Assembly: GCA_022703585.1 (NCBI GenBank)
Contig: JAKLDJ010000002.1
Span: 91,413 to 155,412, forward strand
From: Candidatus Omnitrophota bacterium
GTDB taxonomy: Bacteria > Omnitrophota > Gorgyraeia > Zapsychrales > JAKLDJ01
Reading direction: 5' to 3'
DNA: 64,000 bases
Of the stretch, positions 19,412-31,938 are shown in pieces (within the stretch, counting starts at the first letter, position 1; the number at the start of each line of letters is the position of its first letter). A program made the translations under genes and the position numbers. A model generated the notes under the pieces. It had not been told where the DNA came from. It saw only the letters and a program-made list of their open reading frames with translations, and did not search any database.

Positions 19412-20034
19412 GGGATCAATTTAAATGTTTTGCGATGGATAGGCGACGGGCCGCGTTTCCGGATAACCATCCGGTGGTCTTTCGTCGGATAACCTTTATG
19501 GACGCTGAAACCATATCCGGGAAAAATCCGGTCATAGATGCTCAAAATTCTATCCCGGCTGACCTTGGCCACAATCGAGGCGCAGGCAATGGACATGCTT
19601 AAATTATCGCCCCGGATAATCGTCTTATAGGCATACGGCAGATCCGTTTTAAAAGAATTTCCATCGACCAAGATGCAGATTCTTTTTTCAAAATCCCTTT
19701 GGCTTTTCTTTGACGAGGGTAATTTTTCAACCAGTTGACGGATCGCCATGGCCATGGCGCAATAGGTTGCGTTGAGAATATTCATCGAGTCAACCACCGC
19801 CTCGCTCATAATACCGATGCCGACATAAGCATTTTGGAGAATTTCTAAGAATGCCTTTTCGCGCTGATGATGACTTATTTTCTTGGAATCACAAATCTTA
19901 TTGTGGAATTTTCTGCTCTTTAGGCAAACTGCCGCGGCAACGACTGGCCCCGCCAAAGGGCCCCGCCCGGCTTCATCCACGCCGATAATGACCTTAAAAC
20001 CTTTTTGTTTGGCTTTGTTTTCGTGATACAGCAT
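19408..20034 (-). CDS. rnhB: Ribonuclease HII
   Basis: 208 aa. GVDEAGRGPLAGPVV catalytic N-terminus. Confidence 0.9.
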   Translation of the reverse strand: MLYHENKAKQKGFKVIIGVDEAGRGPLAGPVVAAAVCLKSRKFHNKICDSKKISHHQREKAFLEILQNAYVGIGIMSEAVVDSMNILNATYCAMAMAIRQLVEKLPSSKKSQRDFEKRICILVDGNSFKTDLPYAYKTIIRGDNLSMSIACASIVAKVSRDRILSIYDRIFPGYGFSVHKGYPTKDHRMVIRKRGPSPIHRKTFKLIP

Positions 20035-20124
20035 CAGAAAAGCAGAAATTGATTTGAATTACCTGAGTTACGGTAAACGAGAAATATTCCGGAGTGCCGT
20101 CGTCGTTGGAGTGTTAAAAGACCT

Positions 20125-20490
20125 TTAGCTCTGGCCGACTTGCAGCGTCTTAATGCGGCTTCCTTCTTTGCCGATTTTATCCCGCAGATAATAAAGCCTG
20201 GCGCGCTTGACCGTACCTCGGCTGATGACCTTGAGACTATCAATGACGGGTGAACGTAAAGGGAATATCCTTTCTACCCCTTCGCCGAATGAGATCTTGC
20301 GCACAGTAAACGTGCCGTTTAAGCCCTCACCGCTTTTTCGGATAACGATTCCCTCAAAAGGATGGAGACGAACCTTATCGGCCTCGGCTACCCTGATCAT
20401 CATTCTGACCGTATCCCCGACTTTAAACACGGGTAAATCTTTTTTCTCAAAATTCTTCTCAATAAGCTTCATTCTTTCTCTTAAACCCAT
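20125..20490 (-). CDS. rplS: 50S ribosomal protein L19
   Basis: 121 aa. FKVGDTV...EGIVI L19 signature. Confidence 0.9.
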   Translation of the reverse strand: MGLRERMKLIEKNFEKKDLPVFKVGDTVRMMIRVAEADKVRLHPFEGIVIRKSGEGLNGTFTVRKISFGEGVERIFPLRSPVIDSLKVISRGTVKRARLYYLRDKIGKEGSRIKTLQVGQS

Positions 20491-20502
20491 GATACTTTCT
20501 CC

Positions 20503-21213
20503 CTAATCTTTCCTAGAATTTTTTTTGGATTCCTGGTATTTCTTAAACAAATCAGGACGAAGCTTTTTCGTCCTTTCGATGGATTGTTTAATCCGCCACT
20601 TATTTATGTCTTCGTGGTTCCCAGATAATAGCACATTTGGCACAGCCATGCCACGAAAATTTGCGGGGCGGGTATACTGCGGATACTCCAGCAAATTGTC
20701 TTCAAATGATTCCACCGAAAGCGATTGCGGCTTTCCCAGGACACCGGGGACAAGCCTGACGACACAATCAATTAAAATCATTGCCGGCAATTCCCCTCCG
20801 GTCAAGATATAATCACCCACGGAAATACTTTCGTCGACCAACTTCTCGCGGATGCGCTCATCCATCCCTTCATAGTGGCCGCAGATAATAATCATGTGTT
20901 TTAAACGGGCAAGTTTACGGGCAAGATTTTGGGTCAGAGGCCTTCCCGTGGGGCACATCAAAATAACTTTTGCCTTCTTCGCCCCTTTAATTTTCTTAAT
21001 CGCGTCAAAAACCGGCTGGGCGCCCATCACCATCCCCGGACCGCCGCCAAAGGGGCGGTCGTCGACCTTGCGATGCTTATCCGACGTGTAATCCCGCAAA
21101 TCGTGGATCTCAATGGTGGCCCTTTTCTTCTCCTGGGCCCGTTTAACGATCGACTCGTTTAAAACCGGGGAAAAGCTTTTAGGGAAGATCGTTATCACGT
21201 CAACGCGCATCAT
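20503..21213 (-). CDS. trmD: tRNA (guanine37-N1)-methyltransferase
   Basis: 236 aa. VITIFP SPOUT N-terminus and GGELPAM motif. Confidence 0.9.
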   Translation of the reverse strand: MMRVDVITIFPKSFSPVLNESIVKRAQEKKRATIEIHDLRDYTSDKHRKVDDRPFGGGPGMVMGAQPVFDAIKKIKGAKKAKVILMCPTGRPLTQNLARKLARLKHMIIICGHYEGMDERIREKLVDESISVGDYILTGGELPAMILIDCVVRLVPGVLGKPQSLSVESFEDNLLEYPQYTRPANFRGMAVPNVLLSGNHEDINKWRIKQSIERTKKLRPDLFKKYQESKKNSRKD

Positions 21214-21229
21214 CGAATATCAACCTTTC

Positions 21230-23421
<2,192 letters not shown>

Positions 23422-23450
<29 letters not shown>

Positions 23451-24591
23451 TCTCCGCGCCTGGATAATAGTAGCTTAAGATTTCCTTAAAATTAAATCCT
23501 TTGCGCGACATTTCGGCCGCGCCCCACTGGCAAAGCCCTACGCCATGCCCCCAGCCTTTTCCGATGAGGTCCATATAATAACCCTTCATTTCGATCTCAT
23601 AATTATTGCTGCGGATAAGATTGGGACCGATGATATTGCGAAAATCTTTCCCGGAAATAGTCGCTGTCTTATCATCCCGAGTCGTAATTTTCAAAGTCCT
23701 TATCCGGCCGCTGGCATTACGCTCGACAATAGAGATCTCTTTAATCAGCCCTAGTTTAAAACCGTTTTCATTTAATTTATCCTGGATGTCTTTGAGGCGA
23801 AAATTCTTCTTCCACCGGCTATGAGGAGAATGCACGCAATAATCGCATTGGACACCTTTTAGCGGCGCCAGATCTTCTTTCCAGAGCTCGTTGGCATCTT
23901 CGGTAAACCCGGCACAGGTCGCCGAATAGTACGCCGGAACAATTTTTCCCTTATAAAACAAAATGAGCCCCCGCGTCCTATCAACGGCGACGCTGGTACG
24001 ATAACGTTCGGAATTACGGCCTCCGTAAACCTGCGAATAGATATCGTTGGTAACATCATAGTCTTTGGCTTTATTTATCCCCATCTGATAAAGGGCATAC
24101 GTCCTGGCTGCCACCGCCTGTGCCTTGATCGATTCAAGCGGCCAATAATGCGAGACTTCGTGATACAGGACTCCCTTAATATAGTCTTCTAAATTTAAGA
24201 CATTAACGACCGTTAGTGAGCCGTTGCCGTTTTTAACAATATCGACTTCTCCGCGCAGGCGCCGGTCATTAACATAGACGGTCGCGTCTTTGAGGGGAGA
24301 AAATTTTAGCCGGGGAGAAAAAAAGCTTTGTAGGCCTACGCCAATCCCCTGTTCGCCGATCCTTACTTTTGAGGCACGCAGAGCACGTTCCTGCAACAAG
24401 ACCTGCCCCGTCGCTGAGTCTATGACCTTAAATTTTCCTTTTATCGAAAGATTAAACTCTTTAACTTCTTTTAAGACCGCAACCCGAACCAATCTTTCCG
24501 GCGGCGGCACAGCCAAAGTCTTTCCCGACGCCAGAAAACCAACGGCCAGCGCGCAAAACAGGATAACAGTCTTTTTTATTTGCGATTCCAT
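23422..24591 (-). CDS. SpoIID/LytB-domain protein (secreted)
   Basis: 389 aa. Signal peptide. YHEVSHYWP...AQAVAARTYA matches the SpoIID/LytB amidase-enhancer domain. Confidence 0.8.
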
Positions 24592-24794
24592 AAGTAGAGA
24601 ATAATGCTTACGACAACACTGATTAAAAGACAGGTCGTCAAAGGGAAATAGAAAGTAAAATTATCCTTTTTGACCAAGAAATCTCCGGGGAACCTGCCGG
24701 CGCCGGGGATTTTCCCTGTAATCAACAGAATAACCCCGACTACAAGCAAGATTCCGCCGGTTAAAATCATCATTTTTGCCATCTCGTTCATCAA
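24576..24794 (-). CDS. DUF2905 small membrane protein
   Basis: 72 aa. Two TM segments and a conserved PGD...GNFTFYFPL motif. This family often neighbours ruvB. The start is TTG or the adjacent ATG. Confidence 0.6.
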   Translation of the reverse strand: MMNEMAKMMILTGGILLVVGVILLITGKIPGAGRFPGDFLVKKDNFTFYFPLTTCLLISVVVSIILYLWNRK

Positions 24795-24868
24795 GCACCC
24801 CTAAAGCCGCACGAAAAATAAACTTTATTAAATTCTATTATAAGATTTTTAAAGAGAATTTTCGATAA

Positions 24869-25990
24869 TCAAAAAAGTTCTTTTTGAGATTTGTCTTTCG
24901 GGGAAGAAGCGCCATTCATGCCAAGATGCTTAAGGGCTATATCGGCAAGCTGCCGGCCCCGGGCGGTGCGTTTTAAAAAACCCGTTTTAAGCAAAAACGG
25001 TTCGATAACATCGACGATGGTGTCGACTTCTTCATTGAGGGTAGCGGCGAGGGTCTCGACGCCAACGGGCCCGCCTTTGTAGTATTCATGCATGATCTTC
25101 AAAAGCCGGCGGTCGGCATCATCTAATCCGGCGGTATCAATCCCTAAAGTTTCCAGGGCCTTGACGGCAACCTCTTTTGTGATTTTAGCTTGCGATGTCT
25201 TAACCTGCACATAATCTCTGACCCGACGCAGCAGGCGATTGGCAATTCTTGGAGTCCCGCGGGAACGCTGTGCGATTTCTTCAGCTGCATTTTCATCAAT
25301 GGCAAGATTAAGTTTTTTAGCGGAATTCTTGACGATCAGACTTAATTCTTCGGGTTCGTAAAAGTCCAGATGATAAAAAATCCCGAACCGGTCCCGCAAC
25401 GGAGACGCCAGAAGACCGCTACGGGTCGTAGCTCCAATCAAGGTAAAGGGCTTCAAGTTAAACTTAATCGTTCTGGCATACGGCCCCTTATCGACGACAA
25501 AATCAATCTGGAAATTTTCCATCGCCGGATACAAGAATTCCTCAACGGTTTTTGACAGCCTATGGATCTCGTCGATAAAAAGGATATCGCCTTTTTCCAG
25601 ATTGGTCAAAATCCCGATAAGGTCCCCGGCACGTTCGATGGCCGGCCCGGAAGTAACGGTAATCCGCGTATTCATTTCGTGCGAGACAATATACGCCAAC
25701 GTCGTCTTTCCTAATCCCGGCGGGCCCGAAAACAGCATATGCTCAATCGACTCTTTGCGCTGCCGCGCCGCCTGCAGCGCTACTTTAAGATTCTCGACCA
25801 AGTCTTTCTGCCCGACAAATTCTTTTAGCTGGCTAGGACGAAGCGACAGACTCATCACCTGGTCTTCTTCCGTCTCCTGGCTGAGAACCAGCCTGCGTTT
25901 TTCCTTGTCGGAAGGGTCACTAGACTGCTGGCCGACGGCTAGCTTGTGTCTTTGTTTTCTTACATCGTCCATAGGATGACCTGAGATCAA
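24869..25990 (-). CDS. ruvB: Holliday junction branch migration ATPase RuvB
   Basis: 373 aa. LRP..L.EFVGQ, Walker A GPPGLGKTT, Walker B DEIH. The first 45 aa are non-conserved, so the true start may be the internal Met at 25855. Confidence 0.9.
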   Translation of the reverse strand: MISGHPMDDVRKQRHKLAVGQQSSDPSDKEKRRLVLSQETEEDQVMSLSLRPSQLKEFVGQKDLVENLKVALQAARQRKESIEHMLFSGPPGLGKTTLAYIVSHEMNTRITVTSGPAIERAGDLIGILTNLEKGDILFIDEIHRLSKTVEEFLYPAMENFQIDFVVDKGPYARTIKFNLKPFTLIGATTRSGLLASPLRDRFGIFYHLDFYEPEELSLIVKNSAKKLNLAIDENAAEEIAQRSRGTPRIANRLLRRVRDYVQVKTSQAKITKEVAVKALETLGIDTAGLDDADRRLLKIMHEYYKGGPVGVETLAATLNEEVDTIVDVIEPFLLKTGFLKRTARGRQLADIALKHLGMNGASSPKDKSQKELF

Positions 25991-26059
25991 ATGCGATTGA
26001 AACCGACGATATCTTCCCGAAAGCCCAACGGAAAATTATCTCTACTATTTCTGCCTTCT

Positions 26060-26821
26060 CTATTGTTGCGGTTTTTCATCCTCTTGCGGAGGAGCCATAT
26101 TTTCTTTATTGCGCACGACTTCAATTTCATCAAACAGGCGCTTCTGCAAAGCAACGATTTCCCGCAACCGGATCAATTCCAGAATGGCCATAAAGGTCAC
26201 AATGATCTCTATCTTGCTTCGCGAGCGGCTAAAGAGGTCTCCGAGCATCACCTTGGGTTTTTCCAAAAGCATATGCAGGATGTCGTGGATCTTCTGCTCG
26301 ACAGTATGCTCTTCCTTGATAACCTCATAAAAAACTTCTTTGGGGACATTCTTTAGAATCTTGGTAAAGGCGGTAATCAGGTCAAACAGGCTCGCCTCAA
26401 AATAAACCTCTTTGGCCTCTTCTTTCATCTCCTTGGTACGCTCGACATCCATGATGCGCCCGAAAAAATCCTGGCGCGTCAATTCGCGGGAGCGCAAATT
26501 CTCGGCAATTTCCTTAAATTGTTTATACTCTAAGAGACGGCGTACCAGCTCGTCGCGCGGGTCGAGCTCTTCCTCTTCCTGGGCGTTAGGATCCGGTGGC
26601 AGAAGCATTTTGGACTTTATCTGCATTAGGGTCGCAGCCATAACCAGAAAATCACCCACGATATCCAGATTGAGCATCTTCATCAGGTCCAGATACTGCA
26701 TATACTGTTCGGTGACTTGGGCAATAGGGATATCGTAAATATTTAGCTGGTCTTTCTTGATTAGATACAAAAGCAAGTCCAGCGGCCCTTCAAACATTTC
26801 CAGCTTGATTTTATAACTCAT
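26060..26821 (-). CDS. scpA: Segregation and condensation protein A
   Basis: 253 aa. FEGPLDLLLYLI kleisin N-terminus. Confidence 0.85.
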   Translation of the reverse strand: MSYKIKLEMFEGPLDLLLYLIKKDQLNIYDIPIAQVTEQYMQYLDLMKMLNLDIVGDFLVMAATLMQIKSKMLLPPDPNAQEEEELDPRDELVRRLLEYKQFKEIAENLRSRELTRQDFFGRIMDVERTKEMKEEAKEVYFEASLFDLITAFTKILKNVPKEVFYEVIKEEHTVEQKIHDILHMLLEKPKVMLGDLFSRSRSKIEIIVTFMAILELIRLREIVALQKRLFDEIEVVRNKENMAPPQEDEKPQQ

Positions 26822-26823
26822 TT

Positions 26824-27801
26824 TTAGAAAACCGCCTCTTTGACTTCGGCCATGGTCTTTTGGGCTATCTTACGGGCGCGATTAGCCCCGTCTTCCAAAA
26901 TATCAATAATCTTCTTTTTATTTTTGGTCAATTCGTTTCTTTTCTCCTGAATAGGCCCAATCTTTTTAAGGACACACTCAGCTAGAATCTTTTTGCATTC
27001 GGTGCAGCCCTTCTTGGCATTCGAGCACCAATCGTAAACGTCTTTAGCCATTTCCGGCGCAAACACCTTGTAATAGTTATAAACATTGCATTGATCCGGA
27101 TGGCCAAGATCGGTGATCTTAATCCGCAAAGGATCAGTAAACATACTTTGAATCTTTTCGCGCACGGTCTTTTCCGAATCAGAAAGATTGATGGCATTCT
27201 GATAGCTTTTGCTCATCTTGCGGCCATCAACACCTAAAAGACGGGGTGTTTGGGTCAGCATCGCCTGACAATCGGGAAAAAGATTGGTTTTATAAAGATG
27301 GTTGAAACGCCGTGCGATCTCGCGGGTTAATTCCAAATGAGGAAGCTGATCTTCGCCGATGGGAACGGCATTGGCTTTATAAAGCAAAATATCCGCCGCC
27401 TGTAAAGCCGGATAGCCCAAAAAGGCATAAGTGTGTAGGTCCCGAGTCGTGATTTCCCTTAATTGTTCTTTGTAAGTAGGAACACGCTCCAGCCAGCCTA
27501 AAGGTACCAGACAGGAAAGAAACATATATAACTCCAAATGTTCCGGAACATGCGATTGGATAAAAATAATGGATTTTTTCGGATCTATTCCGCAGGCCAT
27601 CCAGTCAATAGCCATATCCAATATGTTTTCCGAAATATCTTTGCTCTGCTCATATTCACTCATCAGGGCATGCCAATCGACAATGCCATAGATGCAGTTA
27701 TGATCCTTCTGGAGTTCCACCCATTTTTCTAGAGCCCCAAGCAGGTGCCCTAAATGCAGTTTTCCGGTGGGGCGCATTCCGCTAAAGACAGTTTTTTTCA
27801 T
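26824..27801 (-). CDS. trpS: Tryptophanyl-tRNA synthetase
   Basis: 325 aa. HLGH (TGKLHLGH) and KMSKS motifs. No leader space upstream; it overlaps the infB stop. Confidence 0.9.
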   Translation of the reverse strand: MKKTVFSGMRPTGKLHLGHLLGALEKWVELQKDHNCIYGIVDWHALMSEYEQSKDISENILDMAIDWMACGIDPKKSIIFIQSHVPEHLELYMFLSCLVPLGWLERVPTYKEQLREITTRDLHTYAFLGYPALQAADILLYKANAVPIGEDQLPHLELTREIARRFNHLYKTNLFPDCQAMLTQTPRLLGVDGRKMSKSYQNAINLSDSEKTVREKIQSMFTDPLRIKITDLGHPDQCNVYNYYKVFAPEMAKDVYDWCSNAKKGCTECKKILAECVLKKIGPIQEKRNELTKNKKKIIDILEDGANRARKIAQKTMAEVKEAVF

Positions 27802-30236
27802 AGTGTCCGGGCAATCTTTTCCAGTTCATAGGCTTCTATAATATCGCCGACCTGTATCGCGTCAAAACCGTTGATGGTAATACCGCATTCAAAACCTTCC
27901 GCAACCTCGCGCACATCATCTTTAAAGCGCTTTAAGGAGCTTAGGGAGCCGGAAAAGACAATCTCGCCGTTTCGAACGATATCCACCATGACCTTACGGG
28001 TCACCTTGCCTTTGGCCACAAAACATCCCGCCACCGTTCCGGATTTGCTTAATTTCAATACCTGCCGTATTTCGACTCTCCCTAAGAACTTCTTTTTCGT
28101 CTTCGGCTCCAAAAGACCCTGAAGCGCCATCTTGACGTCGTTGATCGCGTCATAAATAATCCGGTAGGTGCGCACGTCCACCAGGCGTTTTTCCATTTCC
28201 GAGGCTGCCCGGGGACTGACTTGGACATTGAAGCCGATGATAATCGCATTGGAAGCCTCGGCTAAGATCACGTCCGAGGCCGTTACTTCCCCGACACCGG
28301 TATGGATAATTTTTAGCTGAACCTCAGAGCTGACAATTTTTACCAAAGAATCCGTCAGGGCCCCCAGGGATCCCTGGACATCGGCTTTGACAATAATATT
28401 GAGTTCTTTTATTTTCCCTTCCTGAATCTGTGCGTACAAATCTTCGAGGGTAATTTTCTGCAGGGGTTGCATCTTTTGCATCTTAATTTGCTGCTGCCGT
28501 CTTCCGACAATCTCGCGGGCCTGTTTTTCGTCGTCCATCGCGTAAAACATTTCCCCCGCCTCCGGAACACCGGAAAGCCCCAAAATCTCAACCGGAGTAG
28601 CCGGCCCGGCCTCTTTAACCGGTCTTTCATGGTCATCCAGCATCGCCTTGATCCTGCCGGCATGAGGCCCGACGATAATATGATCGCCTTCACGCAAAAT
28701 CCCGTTTTGCACAATGACCGTAGCAATCGGCCCCTTACCGCGGCTTAGCTGGGCTTCGACAACGATTCCCGATGCCTGCTTTTGATAGTTGGCCTTTAAT
28801 TCCAGCAATTCGGCTTCGAGCAATATCATTTCCAGGAGCCGGTCAATCCCTTCGCCGGTAAGAGCAGAAACTCCGACACAAATTGTTTTCCCGCCCCAGT
28901 CTTCAGGGCTAAGGTCTTTGGCTGCCAATTGTTTCTTGACCAAATCAAGATCAACGCCGCGTTTGTCAATTTTGTTGAGCGCGACAATGATAGGAACCCC
29001 TGCCGCTCTGGCATGGTCAATCGCTTCTTCCGTTTGGGGCATAATACCTTCATCTGCCGCCACGACCAGAACAACCAAGTCGGTAATGTGCGCACCGCGA
29101 GCCCGCATCGAGGTAAACGCTTCGTGGCCCGGCGTATCAAGAAACGTGATTCTCCCCTTGGGTAGATTGACCGAATAGGCCCCGATGTGCTGAGTAATGC
29201 CTCCATGCTCAGTATCCGCAACCCTGCTTTTTCTGATCTTGTCCAGCAAGGATGTCTTACCGTGATCAACATGGCCCATAAACGTAATCACCGGCGAGCG
29301 GGGCTTAAGAAGCTTGGGGTCTTCTTCGACCGTGCGGCTTTCGACAAGCTGTTCCTCGGGCGTCTTAAACTTTGCTAAGGAAAAGCCAAAATCAACGCCC
29401 AGCTTGCTGACAGTCTCCTCGTTGAGATTTTGGTTAATAGTAGCAAAGATTCCGATTTCCAAAAGCTTTTTTAAAATAATACTTGGTTTCTGTTGAATAC
29501 GTACCGCCAGGTCTTTGACGCTAATGGGAAGCTCTATCTCAAGCGGACCCAAGGTTTTTTTAACCTCGGGCGCAACCGCCTTGATTTCTCTTGTCGGCGG
29601 TTGCGCTTTCGGTAAAACACGAGCCGCAACAGGTGCCGCCGGTTTAGCTTCAATTTTTGGTGGCGTAATAATACGCGCCGGTTCTTTGACCGGCGTAATT
29701 ACGGGCTCAACGATCTTAGGGGTTTCTTTAGTGACCGCTCCCGCCTTCTCTTTTATCACTTTCTCAGCAGCAGGCGCAACCACGTGTTCGTGGGTTTTAG
29801 CCGCAGGACGCTGAGCCGGTTTTTGCACCGCAGTTTTCTTTTCCACAACACCAACAGACGGCTTTGGTTTGGCTTCTTTGGCCTTGGAAACTTTTTTATG
29901 GATAACCCCGGACTTCTCTTCCTTGGCTTTGGACTTGGCGGATTTCTTTGCTGTTATTTTTTCTTTCGCCCCGCCCTCTTTCTTTGCCTTTGCCGTTTCC
30001 TTAACAACCTTTTCTTTCCTCCCCTCCGGCTTCTTTTCAGCAACCAATACCCGGGGCAATTCTTTAACTTTTGCAGGAGGCGGCGGAGACTTTTTAAAGT
30101 CGCTTTGTAAAACAGCCAAGACTGCGCTGTTTAACTCCTGCTGACTGTCCTTGGCCTTAAGCTTAAGCGTTCTTAATCGAGCCAAAACAGCATCACTCGT
30201 CGTTTTCAATTCCTTTGCCAGATCTTCAACGCGCAT
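27798..30236 (-). CDS. infB: Translation initiation factor IF-2
   Basis: 812 aa. Lys/Ala/Pro-rich low-complexity N-terminus, then G-domain ([17 protein letters not shown]) and C-terminal domains. Confidence 0.95.
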   Translation of the reverse strand: MRVEDLAKELKTTSDAVLARLRTLKLKAKDSQQELNSAVLAVLQSDFKKSPPPPAKVKELPRVLVAEKKPEGRKEKVVKETAKAKKEGGAKEKITAKKSAKSKAKEEKSGVIHKKVSKAKEAKPKPSVGVVEKKTAVQKPAQRPAAKTHEHVVAPAAEKVIKEKAGAVTKETPKIVEPVITPVKEPARIITPPKIEAKPAAPVAARVLPKAQPPTREIKAVAPEVKKTLGPLEIELPISVKDLAVRIQQKPSIILKKLLEIGIFATINQNLNEETVSKLGVDFGFSLAKFKTPEEQLVESRTVEEDPKLLKPRSPVITFMGHVDHGKTSLLDKIRKSRVADTEHGGITQHIGAYSVNLPKGRITFLDTPGHEAFTSMRARGAHITDLVVLVVAADEGIMPQTEEAIDHARAAGVPIIVALNKIDKRGVDLDLVKKQLAAKDLSPEDWGGKTICVGVSALTGEGIDRLLEMILLEAELLELKANYQKQASGIVVEAQLSRGKGPIATVIVQNGILREGDHIIVGPHAGRIKAMLDDHERPVKEAGPATPVEILGLSGVPEAGEMFYAMDDEKQAREIVGRRQQQIKMQKMQPLQKITLEDLYAQIQEGKIKELNIIVKADVQGSLGALTDSLVKIVSSEVQLKIIHTGVGEVTASDVILAEASNAIIIGFNVQVSPRAASEMEKRLVDVRTYRIIYDAINDVKMALQGLLEPKTKKKFLGRVEIRQVLKLSKSGTVAGCFVAKGKVTRKVMVDIVRNGEIVFSGSLSSLKRFKDDVREVAEGFECGITINGFDAIQVGDIIEAYELEKIARTL

Positions 30237-30259
30237 AATAAATCACTTTCCGTATAGTT

Positions 30260-31450
30260 TTATTTTTTAGTAATCTTCTTTGCTTCCTTAATAATCTTCT
30301 CGGCTTTGACCTTACCGACTCCCTTGACCTCCGTAAGCTCTTCAACCTTCGCCTGGGAGATTTTCTCCAAATTATCCCAACCGGCTTGCTTCAATGCCTC
30401 AACTAACTTTTCACCAACGCCGGTTAACTCGGTTAAGGCTGCCGCTGCCCCCTCCGGGACAACCTCTTCTTTAGGCAAAGCTGCTTCAGCTGCCTGTTTT
30501 TTCTCTTCCTCTAAACGGGCTACGGAACGGATATCCAGTTCCCAACCGATGAGTTTTGAAGCCAAACGCACGTTTTGTCCATGTTTCCCGATCGCCAAGG
30601 AAAGCTGGTCATCCGCAACGATAATGCTGGCCTTCTTCGCTTCCTTGTTAAGCTGTATCTGGCTGATTTGTGCCGGTGAGAGCGCCGCTTGGATATATTC
30701 CTTCATATCGGCAGAGTAACGGACAATATCGATCTTTTCGCCGTGCAATTCGGAGACAACCCCCTTGACGCGCGAACCGCGCATCCCCACGCAGGCCCCG
30801 ACACAATCCACTTTTTCATCCTTTGAATAAACTGCAATTTTTGTCCTCTCCCCGGCATCGCGTGAAATGGCCTTGATCTCCACAATGCCGTCATAAATCT
30901 CCGGGACCTCCAGCTCGAAAAGACGCTTAACAAAATTAGGATTGGCCCGCGACAAGACAATCTGAGGACCCTTATTATCCTTCTTGACGTCCAAGACATA
31001 GGCTCGAATCCTGTCCCCCTGCTTAAATTCCTCTTTGGGCGATTGTTCGCTTTTGGGGACAAAGGCCTCGGATTTTCCTAAATCGACAATGATATTCCCT
31101 CTATCAAAACGATAAACGCCGCCGTTAACGATTTGACCGATACGCGCCTGGTATTCGGTAAAAACAACATCCTTTTCCGCCTCACGAATTTTCTGGATCA
31201 CAACCTGTTTGGCGGTCTGAGCCGCAATGCGGCCGAAATCTTTTGATTTGATTTCCTGTCCTCCGGCGAAGGCCGACAACTTTCCGGTCTTACGGTCAAG
31301 GACAACTTTTACTTCCTCTCCCAATTCCACGTTCCATGCCTTCCTGGCTGCCGAGGCAACCGCCGCCTCAACTGCCTGAATAAGAATTTCCTTGTCAATG
31401 CCCTTGTCCCTCTCAAGCTGTTCAAGTATTGATAATAATTCGCTATCCAT
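30260..31450 (-). CDS. nusA: Transcription termination/antitermination factor NusA
   Basis: 396 aa. N-terminal, S1 and KH domains, plus a C-terminal HhH-rich extension. Confidence 0.95.
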   Translation of the reverse strand: MDSELLSILEQLERDKGIDKEILIQAVEAAVASAARKAWNVELGEEVKVVLDRKTGKLSAFAGGQEIKSKDFGRIAAQTAKQVVIQKIREAEKDVVFTEYQARIGQIVNGGVYRFDRGNIIVDLGKSEAFVPKSEQSPKEEFKQGDRIRAYVLDVKKDNKGPQIVLSRANPNFVKRLFELEVPEIYDGIVEIKAISRDAGERTKIAVYSKDEKVDCVGACVGMRGSRVKGVVSELHGEKIDIVRYSADMKEYIQAALSPAQISQIQLNKEAKKASIIVADDQLSLAIGKHGQNVRLASKLIGWELDIRSVARLEEEKKQAAEAALPKEEVVPEGAAAALTELTGVGEKLVEALKQAGWDNLEKISQAKVEELTEVKGVGKVKAEKIIKEAKKITKK

Positions 31451-31469
31451 GATTACATCACCCTTCCGT

Positions 31470-31922
31470 TTATATGATCTGTAAACCTTTTCTCACTTTA
31501 GAAACGGGAATCACAATTTCTCCCGACTCTGATTTAACAACAATGTTCTCCCCATCCACACGTTCGACAATCCCTGCGTACTCCACCTTTTCCCCGACGG
31601 GTTCTAGGAGAAAAAAACGCACCGGCCGGCTCACTACCCGCATAAAATCTTTAATGGTAACTAACGGCCTGTCCAAACCCGGAGAAGAAACCTCGAGATT
31701 AAACCCTTCCGACAAGAGCTCTTTTTGTTCCATTAAATCGATAACCTTTCGATTGAGCCGCGAACACTCTTCAACGGTAATTCCGCCGCCGAATCGGTCG
31801 ACCAGTACTTCGATAACAAAATCCCCTCCTTGCCGGCGCGTGCTTAGATCGATAAGCTCCAAATTCATTTCGATTAAGAAAGGATTAATAATTTCCTCAA
31901 TCTGTTCTTTTGAAATCTCCAT
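31470..31922 (-). CDS. rimP: Ribosome maturation factor RimP
   Basis: 150 aa. Conserved position upstream of nusA. LEVSSPGLDRPL motif. Confidence 0.85.
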   Translation of the reverse strand: MEISKEQIEEIINPFLIEMNLELIDLSTRRQGGDFVIEVLVDRFGGGITVEECSRLNRKVIDLMEQKELLSEGFNLEVSSPGLDRPLVTIKDFMRVVSRPVRFFLLEPVGEKVEYAGIVERVDGENIVVKSESGEIVIPVSKVRKGLQII

Positions 31923-31938
31923 AAAGGCGTTGCCCGTT

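Noticed and set aside
20035-20124. 90-nt gap between rplS and rnhB, considered as a possible sRNA or terminator
   Set aside because: It contains only direct GGAGTG repeats and no stable hairpin or U-tract. It is probably a plain intercistronic spacer.
24795-24868. AT-rich gap after ruvB with a TATAAT-like hexamer
   Set aside because: No -35 element at proper spacing and no terminator hairpin, so promoter assignment is too weak to report as a feature.
27798-30236. Lys/Ala/Pro-rich low-complexity DNA in the infB 5' third, considered as a possible repeat element
   Set aside because: It is the usual low-complexity N-terminal region of IF-2, in frame and contiguous with the G-domain.
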